Positions 29,039 to 38,421 of a DNA stretch of 64,000 bases are shown one piece after another (positions within the stretch are counted from its first letter, which is position 1; each line of letters starts with the position of its first letter). Origin of the DNA: Gemmatimonadaceae bacterium (GTDB taxonomy: Bacteria; Gemmatimonadota; Gemmatimonadetes; Gemmatimonadales; Gemmatimonadaceae); contig JBGAJQ010000003.1 in the NCBI GenBank assembly GCA_044224875.1, forward strand, positions 111,534 through 175,533, written 5' to 3'. A program made the position numbers and the translations under genes. The notes beneath the pieces are model-generated. The model had not been told where the DNA came from. It saw nothing but the letters and a program-made list of their open reading frames with translations, and searched no databases.

Positions 29039-30697
29039 TCAGCGCACGATAGTTCGCTGGACGGCTCGGGCGACGGGTTGCGGTAGGCCGTCGAGCGCGC
29101 CGAGGACCCGCTGCAGCAGTTTGAGCTTGGCACCCCCAAGGGCGGGTGGGACCATGGCCTCAATCAGATGTGGGCCGGGAGCACCCAGCGCACGTTCGAA
29201 GGCCGCGACGAATTCGTCGTTGGTGCTGGTGCGTGTGGCTGGCACGCCCATGCCCTCGGCGAGTTGAACGAAGTTCAATACTGGCCCGTGCAGGTCGAGT
29301 TGCCCCTTGGCTTTGGGGCCGGCTTCACTGGCGCCCACGCGCTGCAGCTCCATGTCGAGGATGGCGTACGCGGCATTGTTGAAGATGACGGCAATCACAT
29401 GCAACCGCTCGCGGGCCATGGTCCAGAGCGACTGAATGGTGTACATCGCCGTCCCGTCGCCGATGAGTGCGACGACGACGCGATCCGGGCACGCGATGGC
29501 GGCCCCTACTGCATTCGGCAGCCCCTGGCCGATGGCGCCACCAGTGAGCGTTAGAAGATCGTGGTGAGGCGCCCCTGCGGTCATGCGACCGAGCATGAAC
29601 CCCGACGTGATCGCCTCATCGATGAGGATGGCGCGCTCGGGGAGGAGGTGTCCGACGGCCTGGCACACCGTATCCGCAGAGAGCTTCTTGCCTCGCGGAC
29701 GGCTGGGACGGGCCGGCGCTTGCACGGTGGGAACGGCACTCATGGCGCCGACCGCGCGGCACAGAGCCTCGAGGGATCCGCTCACATCGTGCGCGCCAGA
29801 GGCGAGTGTGTCAACCTTGCAGCTGTCGGCAACCAGCGAGCTGGGCTTGCCGGGATAGGCGAAGAACGAGACCGGCGACTTGGCGTCGACGAGGATGAGG
29901 TGGTCCAGTCCCTTCAGCTGCACCGTGGCGAGTTCGGCCAGGTAGGCGATTCGTTCGACGGCGGGGATCCCGGCGCCGCGCGCCATTCGTGCCGGAAACA
30001 CTTCCGCAAGCAGTCGTGCCCCCGTGCGTGCGGCTATGCGAGCCGCGGTGTGGAGCGTTGGCTCGCGCAATGCGGCGCCCCCAAGCAGAAGGGCCGAGTT
30101 GCGGCCGGCGGACAGGATTTGAGCGATGTTGGCGATGGATTGGTCATCGGCGACGGGCGGAGACGGCGGTGTAGGCGCGTTGGCCGGAATTCCCCCATCA
30201 CTCCATGAGACGTCAGCGGGGAGGATGAGTGTGGCCACCTGGCCGGGGGGTCCCTTGGCGGCGGCAATCGCCTCCGCGGCATCCCGGCCGAGCTCAGTCG
30301 TGGCACGGGAGGTTCGTACGAATCCCGGTGAAACGTTTCGTGCGACAGTTTCGATGTCGGATTGCAGCTGCGCGTCAAATGGCGCATGATAGGTCGCGTG
30401 GTCACCGACGATGTTGACGATCGGGACCTTGCCCTTGCGGGCGTTGTGCAGGTTAGCGAGTCCGTTGCCCAGGCCGCACCCTAGGTGAAGCAGGGTGGCG
30501 GCGGGCTTGTCGGCCATGCGCGCGTATCCATCGGCGGCACCGGTGGCCACGCCTTCAAAAAGGCAGAGTACTGCCCTGACTTGTGGGACGGAGTCGAGGG
30601 ATGCGACAAAGTGCATTTCGCTGGTGCCGGGATTCGTGAAGCAGACTTCGATCCCGGCATTGGCGAGCGTACGCAGGAGGGCCTGGGCGCCGTTCAT
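29039..30697 (-). CDS. ThDP-dependent enzyme, acetolactate synthase large-subunit-like
   Basis: MNGAQALL, FTNPGTSEMHFV, LFEGVATGAADGYARM, ThDP motif GDGTAMYT...FNN; start re-picked at ATG 30697. Confidence 0.9.
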   Translation of the reverse strand: MNGAQALLRTLANAGIEVCFTNPGTSEMHFVASLDSVPQVRAVLCLFEGVATGAADGYARMADKPAATLLHLGCGLGNGLANLHNARKGKVPIVNIVGDHATYHAPFDAQLQSDIETVARNVSPGFVRTSRATTELGRDAAEAIAAAKGPPGQVATLILPADVSWSDGGIPANAPTPPSPPVADDQSIANIAQILSAGRNSALLLGGAALREPTLHTAARIAARTGARLLAEVFPARMARGAGIPAVERIAYLAELATVQLKGLDHLILVDAKSPVSFFAYPGKPSSLVADSCKVDTLASGAHDVSGSLEALCRAVGAMSAVPTVQAPARPSRPRGKKLSADTVCQAVGHLLPERAILIDEAITSGFMLGRMTAGAPHHDLLTLTGGAIGQGLPNAVGAAIACPDRVVVALIGDGTAMYTIQSLWTMARERLHVIAVIFNNAAYAILDMELQRVGASEAGPKAKGQLDLHGPVLNFVQLAEGMGVPATRTSTNDEFVAAFERALGAPGPHLIEAMVPPALGGAKLKLLQRVLGALDGLPQPVARAVQRTIVR

Positions 30698-30853
30698 TCG
30701 TTCCAAGGTGAGGGACGCAAACATGTTGCGCCGCGGTGGCAGGGGCCACAAGGCGGGCCGTATGCCAATGTCTCGGCCAACGTCAGCCAGATGCTTGTTC
30801 CTCGCAGACGGAAGGCTGCTGCGGGCACCGCGTTCGCGGAACGCGGTACCTCG

Positions 30854-30958
30854 GCCCGACGACAGCAGCGACCGGGGGTTCCACCAGTAGTCAGGGAACG
30901 CCAGCCGCTGCATGTTCTCCACCGTCTCGGCGCCCTGCGTGTTCGGGACGCGGCCCTC
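30854..30958 (-). pseudogene. Probable remnant of an unidentified gene
   Basis: 35 codons (EGRVPNTQGAETVENMQRLAFPDYWWNPRSLLSSG), 34 ending in G/C, within an otherwise intergenic region. Confidence 0.4.
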
Positions 30959-30989
30959 ATGTACAGCGCTGTCCCGCCCGGAGTGGTTC

Positions 30990-33305
30990 ATGCCCGCCAA
31001 GCAGGCTCGCCGTCGAGTCACCCGGAGGTCGTCGAAGAGCGCCGACCTCCTCATCAACGCCCTCGGCGTCCCGGCTTCGTTCCCACTGCACGTGGACCAG
31101 AGCCTTCAGGAGATCGCCTGGCGGTGGAACTACGTACTCCGCAACCGGAAGCGATGGACCAGCCGGGGAGAGGCCGCGCAGCGGCAGCGCGATGAACTCC
31201 AGGACCTTGTGCAACAGTTCGGGTTGCAGCCGGCGGACCTGATCCGCATTGCCGACGCGGGGTTGGCGGAGATCTCGATGCCGTTCGTGGAGGAGTCCAT
31301 CGGTTGGGAGTACCGGATCTTCCCTTGGGAATACGCGTTGGCGGCGGCAACGCGGGAACGGCGACACGCCATCAAGAAGGATTTCACCGTGGTGCGCCAC
31401 CTGCGGCGACCGGACCGGGCACGGCCGCGCCAGAAGGCGTCGTTCCTGTACGTCGAGAGTGCGCCGGTGCGGGCGCTCTCCGATGGATACGACTTCACGT
31501 CCGAGCGGCAGATGATCCAGAGTCAGGCCGCGGCCTCGGGGCTGGACCTGGAGTTGCTGATCAATCCCACGCTCAAACAGCTGCGAGCAAGGATCGAAAC
31601 GGTGCGACCGCGCATCGTGCACCTGACGGGCTTCGACACGCACCAGGCACGGGCGCTGCTCGACGGGAAGGACACGGCACAGGAGCGGCAGCTGCAAGAC
31701 GGATTTGTGCTGTCGAACGGCCGGGACGGGGCGGAGGAAGTCAACTCAATGCAACTGGCACAGGCACTGACGGCGGACGGCACGGCGCCGGACCTCGTGA
31801 GTTGCAACTTTTTCTACTCTGCGCCCCGCACCGCGGCCCTGTGCGTGGCCTTTGGGGCACGGGCGGCGATTGGCTACCAGGACACCTTTGACGACTCGCT
31901 CGCCGAGTTGTTCTTCGCCACGTTGTATCGCGCCTGGACATTTTCCGGAAACAGCGCCACCTCGGCGTTTCGCTATGCGTGGCAGCAGGTCAGGGCGCAG
32001 GGGAAGCGAATCACTGGCACGGGCCTGGTCCTGTGGAACGCCGACTCCATCGCGCCCAAGCGCAAGGGTGCGGCGCCCACGGTCATGCCGGTACAAGGCA
32101 TCACGGACGAATGGCAACGTCACCAGCGTCCAGAACCCGTGACGGCCGCCACGGCCCGCGTGGACCTGGAAGTGCGGGTGAAGGAATTTCCCCAGATCAA
32201 CTATTCGATCCTGCACAACAATCGCCCGCTCTTCGACGTGTTCACGATCAAGAAGAACCGCGGAGACATTGGGGCGGTGGACGGCATCCGCATCAACGTG
32301 GAGCTGCACGTGGGGCGGGACTCGTACCCGTTCCGCATGCAGACGTCGATCGGCGCGACACAGCCACAGATCGATATTGCCGACAAGATCAAGATCTCCC
32401 TGGCGTCGACGCTGTCGCGCGCCGTTCGCGAGAGTATCCGCACCAGCCTGTATATCGACGTGGCGTTCGAGGACGTGGTGTTGTACCGCGAAACCAAGCG
32501 CGTGACCTTGCTGCCGGTGGACGAGTGGCAGGACTCCGATGCCAACCGCAAGTGGCTGCCATCGTTTGTGCTGCCAAGGGACCCGGCCGTCAGCCGCATC
32601 ATCGACCTGTCCCAGCGTTATCTGCAGGCGCTTCGCGACGATCCCACCGCCGGCTTCGACGGCTACCAGAGCGTGGAGGAGCTGGACGCCAAGCGTCACA
32701 CCTACGACTGCACGGGCGTCGACCGTCAGGTGCAAGCCATCTGGTCCGCCTTGCTCTACGAGACGCCACTGGCCTACATCAATCCGCCGCCAACGTTCAC
32801 GGACTCGTCGCAACGCCTTCGATCGCCTTCCGAAGTGATCGACGGGCATCGCGGGACATGCATCGACCTGGCGTTGCTGGTTGCATCGTGCCTCGAGTAT
32901 GTCGAGATCTACCCGGCGATCATCCTGTTGACCGATCATGCCTTCCCCTGCTACTGGAGGGCCGAGTCATACTATGACGACTTCACCCTCGCTCGATCGG
33001 ATGCGATCGATGCGCAGGTGTTGCGGGAGCCGGCGGGCGGATCCGGGGCACCCCAGCAGACGGACAGCTGGTACTACGTCAAGGCGCACTTTCGCGAGGT
33101 CCTCGGGGAGATCACTGCGGGTCGTCTGGTGCCGCTGGAGGCCACCTGTTTGTGCTGGCGGAACTCGTTCGCCGACGCCTGTGAGCAGGGTGCCAAGAAC
33201 CTCTCCCGCCGAAGCCGGTTCGATTCCATGCTGGACATCCGATCGGCACGCATCGACGAGGACTCGCCGGTGACACCGCTGCCCTTGTTGCGTGTGGAGG
33301 CGTGA
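30990..33305 (+). CDS. Degenerate CHAT (caspase-like) domain fused to transglutaminase/papain-like Cys-His-Glu domain
   Basis: GGAG RBS 6 nt before ATG 30990. CHAT scaffold FPWEYAL..VVRH..NPTLKQL..IVHLTGFD..LVSCNFFYS..GARAAIGYQD.FDD.LAELFF; C-half INYS..LLPVDEW..FVLPRDPAV..FDGYQS..YINPPPTF..QRLRSP..GTCIDLALL.ASCLE..DHAF..LEAT. Confidence 0.75.
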   Translation: MPAKQARRRVTRRSSKSADLLINALGVPASFPLHVDQSLQEIAWRWNYVLRNRKRWTSRGEAAQRQRDELQDLVQQFGLQPADLIRIADAGLAEISMPFVEESIGWEYRIFPWEYALAAATRERRHAIKKDFTVVRHLRRPDRARPRQKASFLYVESAPVRALSDGYDFTSERQMIQSQAAASGLDLELLINPTLKQLRARIETVRPRIVHLTGFDTHQARALLDGKDTAQERQLQDGFVLSNGRDGAEEVNSMQLAQALTADGTAPDLVSCNFFYSAPRTAALCVAFGARAAIGYQDTFDDSLAELFFATLYRAWTFSGNSATSAFRYAWQQVRAQGKRITGTGLVLWNADSIAPKRKGAAPTVMPVQGITDEWQRHQRPEPVTAATARVDLEVRVKEFPQINYSILHNNRPLFDVFTIKKNRGDIGAVDGIRINVELHVGRDSYPFRMQTSIGATQPQIDIADKIKISLASTLSRAVRESIRTSLYIDVAFEDVVLYRETKRVTLLPVDEWQDSDANRKWLPSFVLPRDPAVSRIIDLSQRYLQALRDDPTAGFDGYQSVEELDAKRHTYDCTGVDRQVQAIWSALLYETPLAYINPPPTFTDSSQRLRSPSEVIDGHRGTCIDLALLVASCLEYVEIYPAIILLTDHAFPCYWRAESYYDDFTLARSDAIDAQVLREPAGGSGAPQQTDSWYYVKAHFREVLGEITAGRLVPLEATCLCWRNSFADACEQGAKNLSRRSRFDSMLDIRSARIDEDSPVTPLPLLRVEA

Positions 33306-34660
33306 GCATGAGCCAACAATCGCATACGGTCGAGTCGGTCCGAGAGGCCTTGGCGGATTGTGCTGCCGACGCGTTGGAGCTGAATGTCTACGGGAGTGAC
33401 ACGGATCCCAAGGATCTTCCGTCGACTGGAGCACGGCGCCGTGCCACCCGGCGCGGACGGCCGGATCCCGTCCAACGCGCGTCGTTGTACCTGAACCGGC
33501 ACGGCGTGTTGGAGTGGCAGTTCTCGCAGGCCATGCCGCCGCAGGCCCTGCGAGGACGGCGCGCCGCCGGTGGTGAATTGAGCGACGTGCCAGATGGCGA
33601 ACTGGTGGATGTGTTCGAGTATGAAACCCTGGAGGCCAATTCGGTGGGCCAGTTCCTGGACAAGGCGGACAACCGGCTCAACGACCGGTTGAAGGGTGTG
33701 GAGCGGATGTATCGTCTGTCGGCGCCCGGTCCCGGCGCGATCCCGACGGCCACGCCCATCACCGCGCCGCTCAAGGGAAAGAAGCGCCGGCTGCTGATCG
33801 TACATGGGACGTTCAGCAAGTCCCTGGCGATCCTGGAGGGAATGGGACGAGCGCCAAACGCGGACGCATTCTTCAAGGCGGCGTTCAACACCTACGACGA
33901 GGTCCTGGCGTTCGAGCATCCGACGTTGTCGGTGAGCCCTGTCCTGAACGCGCTGGACCTGCGGAACGCCTTGGCCGGAATTGACGGCCCGTTGGACATC
34001 ATCGCGCACAGTCGCGGCGGACTGGTGACGCGCTGGACGATCGAGGCGTTCGGACTGCCTGCAAGCAAGCTACGGGCAGTGCTGGTCGGATCGCCGTTAG
34101 GCGGGACGAGCCTTGCTTCTCCTCCACGCCTCCGCGCGACCCTGGGGCTGATGACCAATTTCGGTTCGGCCCTGAAGGTAGCGGGTGGGCTCGCCTCGGC
34201 CTACGTACCACTTCTCGTGGCGCCGCTAGCCATCCTGAAGGTGGCCACCAGCGTCATTGGTGCTGTGGGCCACGCGCCGCTCCTCGACGGCACGATCGCC
34301 ATGATCCCCGGACTCGCCGCCCAATCTCGCGTCAGCAACAACCCGGAACTCATCCGACTGGCAGCCATGACGTCCGGGGCATCCGCCGAGTACTCCGTGG
34401 TCTCGAGCAACTTTGAACCCGAGAGCCCGGGGTGGAAGTTCTGGAAGTGGTTCAAGGGTCAACGCATCACGAATGCTGTGACGGACAAGATATTTCCGGG
34501 AAAGAACGACCTGGTGGTCGACACCGACTCGATGACGGAGATTCCCAGTGGCGTGCTTCGTCGGCGCGACTTCGGGACAAACGAGACGGTGCATCACACG
34601 AACTACTTCGAGCAGGCGAAAACGCTCTCGTTCATCATGGAGTGTTTCGGGGTGAAGTAG
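33302..34660 (+). CDS. Lipase/esterase-type alpha/beta hydrolase (PGAP1-like) with N-terminal extension
   Basis: GTGA overlap with upstream gene; IVHGTFS oxyanion motif, FEHPTLSVSP, nucleophile AHSRGG, VGSPLGGTSLA, NDLVVD, VHHTNYF; no signal peptide. Confidence 0.85.
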   Translation: MSMSQQSHTVESVREALADCAADALELNVYGSDTDPKDLPSTGARRRATRRGRPDPVQRASLYLNRHGVLEWQFSQAMPPQALRGRRAAGGELSDVPDGELVDVFEYETLEANSVGQFLDKADNRLNDRLKGVERMYRLSAPGPGAIPTATPITAPLKGKKRRLLIVHGTFSKSLAILEGMGRAPNADAFFKAAFNTYDEVLAFEHPTLSVSPVLNALDLRNALAGIDGPLDIIAHSRGGLVTRWTIEAFGLPASKLRAVLVGSPLGGTSLASPPRLRATLGLMTNFGSALKVAGGLASAYVPLLVAPLAILKVATSVIGAVGHAPLLDGTIAMIPGLAAQSRVSNNPELIRLAAMTSGASAEYSVVSSNFEPESPGWKFWKWFKGQRITNAVTDKIFPGKNDLVVDTDSMTEIPSGVLRRRDFGTNETVHHTNYFEQAKTLSFIMECFGVK

Positions 34661-34728
34661 CGGTTCGCGAGGGGTAGCGGGGTGGTGCGGAGCGCGCAGA
34701 TTCTCTCGCACCCAATCTCCTATCTCCA

Positions 34729-36489
34729 ATGAAGCCGGTACATCGCAGGTGTTGTTTCGCAGGAATTCTGGTGGCGTCGAGTCCCTTGCTATTGGGAGCC
34801 CAGGACGCTGACCTGATCATGCGAAACGCTCGCATCTGGACGGGTGACACGCTGCATCCCTACGCGCAGGCGCTGGCGATCCGGGGCGACCGCCTGGTCT
34901 CGGTCGGGTCCAACACCGACGTCGAGCGCCATCGCACGAGTCGCACGCGCGTGATCGACCTCAAGGGGCGCTTCGTCACGCCGGGCTTCATTGACGACCA
35001 CACGCACTTCAACCAGGCTGGCGCGCTGTTGATTGGGGCCAATCTGCTGGACGTCAGCACGCCGGGGCCCTTCGCGCAGCGCATCAAGGCGGCGGTGGGC
35101 CGAATGAGCCCAGGCGCCTGGCTCACGGGAGGCGATTGGGGAGCTTACGAGGACAATCCGGTGAACAGCACCGGCCCGTCAGCTACAAAGTCGGGAACGC
35201 GTTTTGCTCCAGATCGGTCCATGATCGACTCGGTGAGCGGTCGCACGCCGATGTTGCTCAATCGCTGGGACCGGAGCGCATACCTCGCGAACGGCATGGC
35301 GCTGGAGCGGGCTGGCCTGAGTTGCGCCTCGCCGGTGCCAGGCCTGGAATGCGTCGGCGACCGGGCGACGGGACGCGTTGCGGATAGCGCGCTCGCTCGC
35401 GTGCGCCGCGCGATCACCCCCACGACGTTCGACCAGCGCCTGCGCGAGGCGCGAGCCGCCATGCTTCACCTGGCCGAACTCGGCGTGACGACGATCCATG
35501 ATATCACACCGCCGTTTCAGCTGCCGGTGTACACGGAGCTCAAGCGTCGTGGTGAACTCACGGTTCGCGTGTTTGCCCGGCCCACCCTCGACAAGTGGAA
35601 CGAGCTGGCGTATGCGGGCGTGTCGCCCGGATTCGGTGACGACTGGCTCCGATTGCGGGCCTTGAAGGGATTTGTCGACGGTATCCAGGGAAACTCCACC
35701 GCACGCTTCTACGAGCCGCAACTGCACTCCGGAAAGCGCGGCGAATGGAGGGACAGCACCAACACCGCGGCCACGGATGGCGCGGGCTCCGGGATGGAAC
35801 CCGCGGGCAACATGGAGCGGCTCCTCTTTGGCCTCGATTCGGCTGGGTGGTGGGCAAATGTCCACGCCATTGGCGACCAGGCCATCGATACGGTGCTCAC
35901 CATCATGGAGAAGGTGATGACCACCAATGGCCCCAAGGAACGCCGGTGGCGCATCATCCACTCCCAAGTCATCCGCAACGCGGAGGTCGCACAGCGATAC
36001 AAGCGGTTAGGCATCATCGCCGAAGTACAACCGTACCATGCCATCGACGACATGCGATGGATGGAGGAGCGGATCGGGGCACGGTCGCGATGGGCCTACG
36101 CGTTCAAGACCTTTCACGACGCCGGTGTCCCGCTTCTCTTCGGATCCGACTGGCCCGGCACGAACGCCAGCTGGTATACGGCGAATCCGATGACCATCCT
36201 GTACGCGGCGACCACGCGCCAGACGCTGGACGGCAAGCCCGAGGGCGGGTGGTTCCCGGAGCAACGACTGGACCTGGAAACGAGTCTTCGCAGCTACACG
36301 ATCAACAATGCGTGGGCGGAGGGTGAAGAGAAGGCGAAGGGGTCGCTGGAGGCGGGGAAGCTGGCTGACCTCGTAGTCGTCGACCGTGACCTGTTCAAGA
36401 TTCCCTCCGCGCAGCTGAAGGAAGCGAAGGTGTTGCTGACGATGGTCGGTGGGAAAGTGGTGTACCGGGCCTCGTCCTTCACTCCCTAA
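34729..36489 (+). CDS. Secreted YtcJ-like amidohydrolase
   Basis: Signal peptide; TPGFIDDHTH, KGFVDG, VHAIGDQA, IIHSQ, FGSDWP, YTINNA, GSLEAGKLADLVV. Confidence 0.9.
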   Translation: MKPVHRRCCFAGILVASSPLLLGAQDADLIMRNARIWTGDTLHPYAQALAIRGDRLVSVGSNTDVERHRTSRTRVIDLKGRFVTPGFIDDHTHFNQAGALLIGANLLDVSTPGPFAQRIKAAVGRMSPGAWLTGGDWGAYEDNPVNSTGPSATKSGTRFAPDRSMIDSVSGRTPMLLNRWDRSAYLANGMALERAGLSCASPVPGLECVGDRATGRVADSALARVRRAITPTTFDQRLREARAAMLHLAELGVTTIHDITPPFQLPVYTELKRRGELTVRVFARPTLDKWNELAYAGVSPGFGDDWLRLRALKGFVDGIQGNSTARFYEPQLHSGKRGEWRDSTNTAATDGAGSGMEPAGNMERLLFGLDSAGWWANVHAIGDQAIDTVLTIMEKVMTTNGPKERRWRIIHSQVIRNAEVAQRYKRLGIIAEVQPYHAIDDMRWMEERIGARSRWAYAFKTFHDAGVPLLFGSDWPGTNASWYTANPMTILYAATTRQTLDGKPEGGWFPEQRLDLETSLRSYTINNAWAEGEEKAKGSLEAGKLADLVVVDRDLFKIPSAQLKEAKVLLTMVGGKVVYRASSFTP

Positions 36490-36505
36490 CCATGCGCGAC
36501 GCGCG

Positions 36506-37555
36506 TTGACTACCGCAGGAATCGGCAGGCCTGGCGACCTCCCTCGGGATGAACGCGGTGCGGCGAAGACGACGGCGCGCCGCACCCTGGCGCGCATTTC
36601 ACCAGCGCTGGGGCTCATCGCCGTCGTCCTCGTTTTCACGATCCTCGCCGACGAGCCATCGCGCTTCCTGTCATCGTTCAACCTTCGCATCGTCCTGTCG
36701 CAGACGGTGATCACGGCGTTGGGCGCTATTGGCATGACCATGATCGTCGTGAGTGGCGGGATCGACCTCTCCGTTGGGGCGTCGATCGCGCTGACAGGCG
36801 TAATCACCGCCGTCGGCCTCCGCGATGGTTGGTCACCGGCGATGGCGGTCAGCGCGGCAGTTGTTGCTGGTGGAGTGATCGGTCTCGTGAATGGCGTCGT
36901 GATCACCACGCTCCGCGTCGTCCCGTTCATCGTCACCCTTGGCATGCTGGGTATTGCGCGGGGCACGGCCAAGTGGCTGGCCGGAGAACAGACGGTGAAC
37001 GTGCCGTCCTCCTGGATCAATGACCTCGTGGTCACCATTCCGAAACCCACGTGGCTGGTGCTGCCCCTGGGCGTCTGGACCGTACTGGCGTTGTCGATCG
37101 TGGCAGCTCTTGTGCTCCGCTACACCGTCTTCGGACGTCACATCTTCGCCCTCGGCTCCAACGAGGCGGCCACCCGTGCCTGTGGGATCGACACCAACCG
37201 CCTGAAGGTGGCAATCTATGGCGTGGCGGGTTGCCTGTTTGGCCTGACGGGGGTCATGCAGGTGTCGCGTCTGCGGCAGGGCGATCCCACGGTGGCGAAT
37301 GGTGCGGAGCTGGACATCATCGCTGCCGTTGTGATTGGCGGTGGAAGTCTGAACGGTGGCGAAGGCAGCATCGCAGGTTCCCTCATCGGTGCGCTCATCA
37401 TGGCTTTCCTGCGCAACGGATGTCAGCAGATGGGCTGGCCGAACTACATCCAGGAGATCATCATCGGTGTGATCATTGTGCTCGCCGTCGCGCTGGACCG
37501 CGTGCGCGCCGCTTGGGCCGAGCGCGCAGCCATGCTGACGATGACCGATGCCTGA
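36506..37555 (+). CDS. Sugar ABC transporter permease (RbsC-like; start uncertain)
   Basis: GMTMIVVSGGIDLSVG, PFIVTLGM, FGRHIFALGSNEAA, ELDIIAAVVIGGGSL.GGEG. Confidence 0.92.
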   Translation: MTTAGIGRPGDLPRDERGAAKTTARRTLARISPALGLIAVVLVFTILADEPSRFLSSFNLRIVLSQTVITALGAIGMTMIVVSGGIDLSVGASIALTGVITAVGLRDGWSPAMAVSAAVVAGGVIGLVNGVVITTLRVVPFIVTLGMLGIARGTAKWLAGEQTVNVPSSWINDLVVTIPKPTWLVLPLGVWTVLALSIVAALVLRYTVFGRHIFALGSNEAATRACGIDTNRLKVAIYGVAGCLFGLTGVMQVSRLRQGDPTVANGAELDIIAAVVIGGGSLNGGEGSIAGSLIGALIMAFLRNGCQQMGWPNYIQEIIIGVIIVLAVALDRVRAAWAERAAMLTMTDA

Positions 37556-38417
37556 GCAGCCGCAGCGCGTCGTCGATTCTCACGTACACTTCTGGGACCC
37601 AAAGTTGCTGCGGTATCCGTGGCTAAAGGATGTCCCAGCACTCAACAGGCCCTTCCTACCGGCAGAGTATCCGCCATTCGAGTTGCGGGCATTCGATGTC
37701 GCCATCGTCGTCGAGGCGAACGTCATGCCGGAACAGGCAGAGGAAGAAGTTGGTTTTCTGGTTGAAGTCGCGTCGCGAGAGCCACGCGTGCGCGGAATCG
37801 TCGGGTTCGCGAACTTGCTCGACGAGCGATCGCGAGCCGGCGTGCTGAACCGGCTGCGCGGTACGCCGTCGGTCGTCGGTGTCAGGCACAACATCCAGGG
37901 GCAACCGGCGGGGTTCGCCCTGCAGCCAGCGTTCGTGCGAGGTGTTCAGGAAGTCGGGGACCATGGCTTGGTATTCGACCTGTGCGTAACCGCCGGTCAG
38001 CTGAACGAAGTAGCGGAGCTGGTGCGCCGCTGCCCGCGAACCACGTTCGTGCTCGACCACTGCGGCAAGCCGGCAATTCGGGAGGGCGACATGGAGTCGT
38101 GGTCGGCTGACTTGGCGGTGTTAGCGCAGCAGGAACACGTTGCATGCAAGCTTTCCGGGCTCCTCACGGAAGCGTCCCCCGAGCAATGCACCCATGAGGG
38201 GTTGCAGCCGTATGCAAGTCACGCGCTCAGCTGCTTTGGCGCGGCGCGGATGCTCTATGGAAGCGACTGGCCCGTGTGCACCCTGCAAGGTGGCGTTTCC
38301 ACGTGGCGCAGGTTGACTGAGCGATTCACCGAAGCACTCTCACCATCTGAACGCAACGCCGTGTACGAAGGCAATGCGACTCGCATCTATGGCCTCAGGA
38401 TCAACGGGAGCAACTGA
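37548..38417 (+). CDS. Amidohydrolase-2 family, L-fuconolactonase-like
   Basis: VDSHVHFWD..LRYPWL, GVRHNIQ, FVLDHCGKP, CKLSGL.TEA, YGSDWPVC; sugar-catabolic context. Confidence 0.85.
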   Translation: MPEQPQRVVDSHVHFWDPKLLRYPWLKDVPALNRPFLPAEYPPFELRAFDVAIVVEANVMPEQAEEEVGFLVEVASREPRVRGIVGFANLLDERSRAGVLNRLRGTPSVVGVRHNIQGQPAGFALQPAFVRGVQEVGDHGLVFDLCVTAGQLNEVAELVRRCPRTTFVLDHCGKPAIREGDMESWSADLAVLAQQEHVACKLSGLLTEASPEQCTHEGLQPYASHALSCFGAARMLYGSDWPVCTLQGGVSTWRRLTERFTEALSPSERNAVYEGNATRIYGLRINGSN

Positions 38418-38421
38418 CGGC

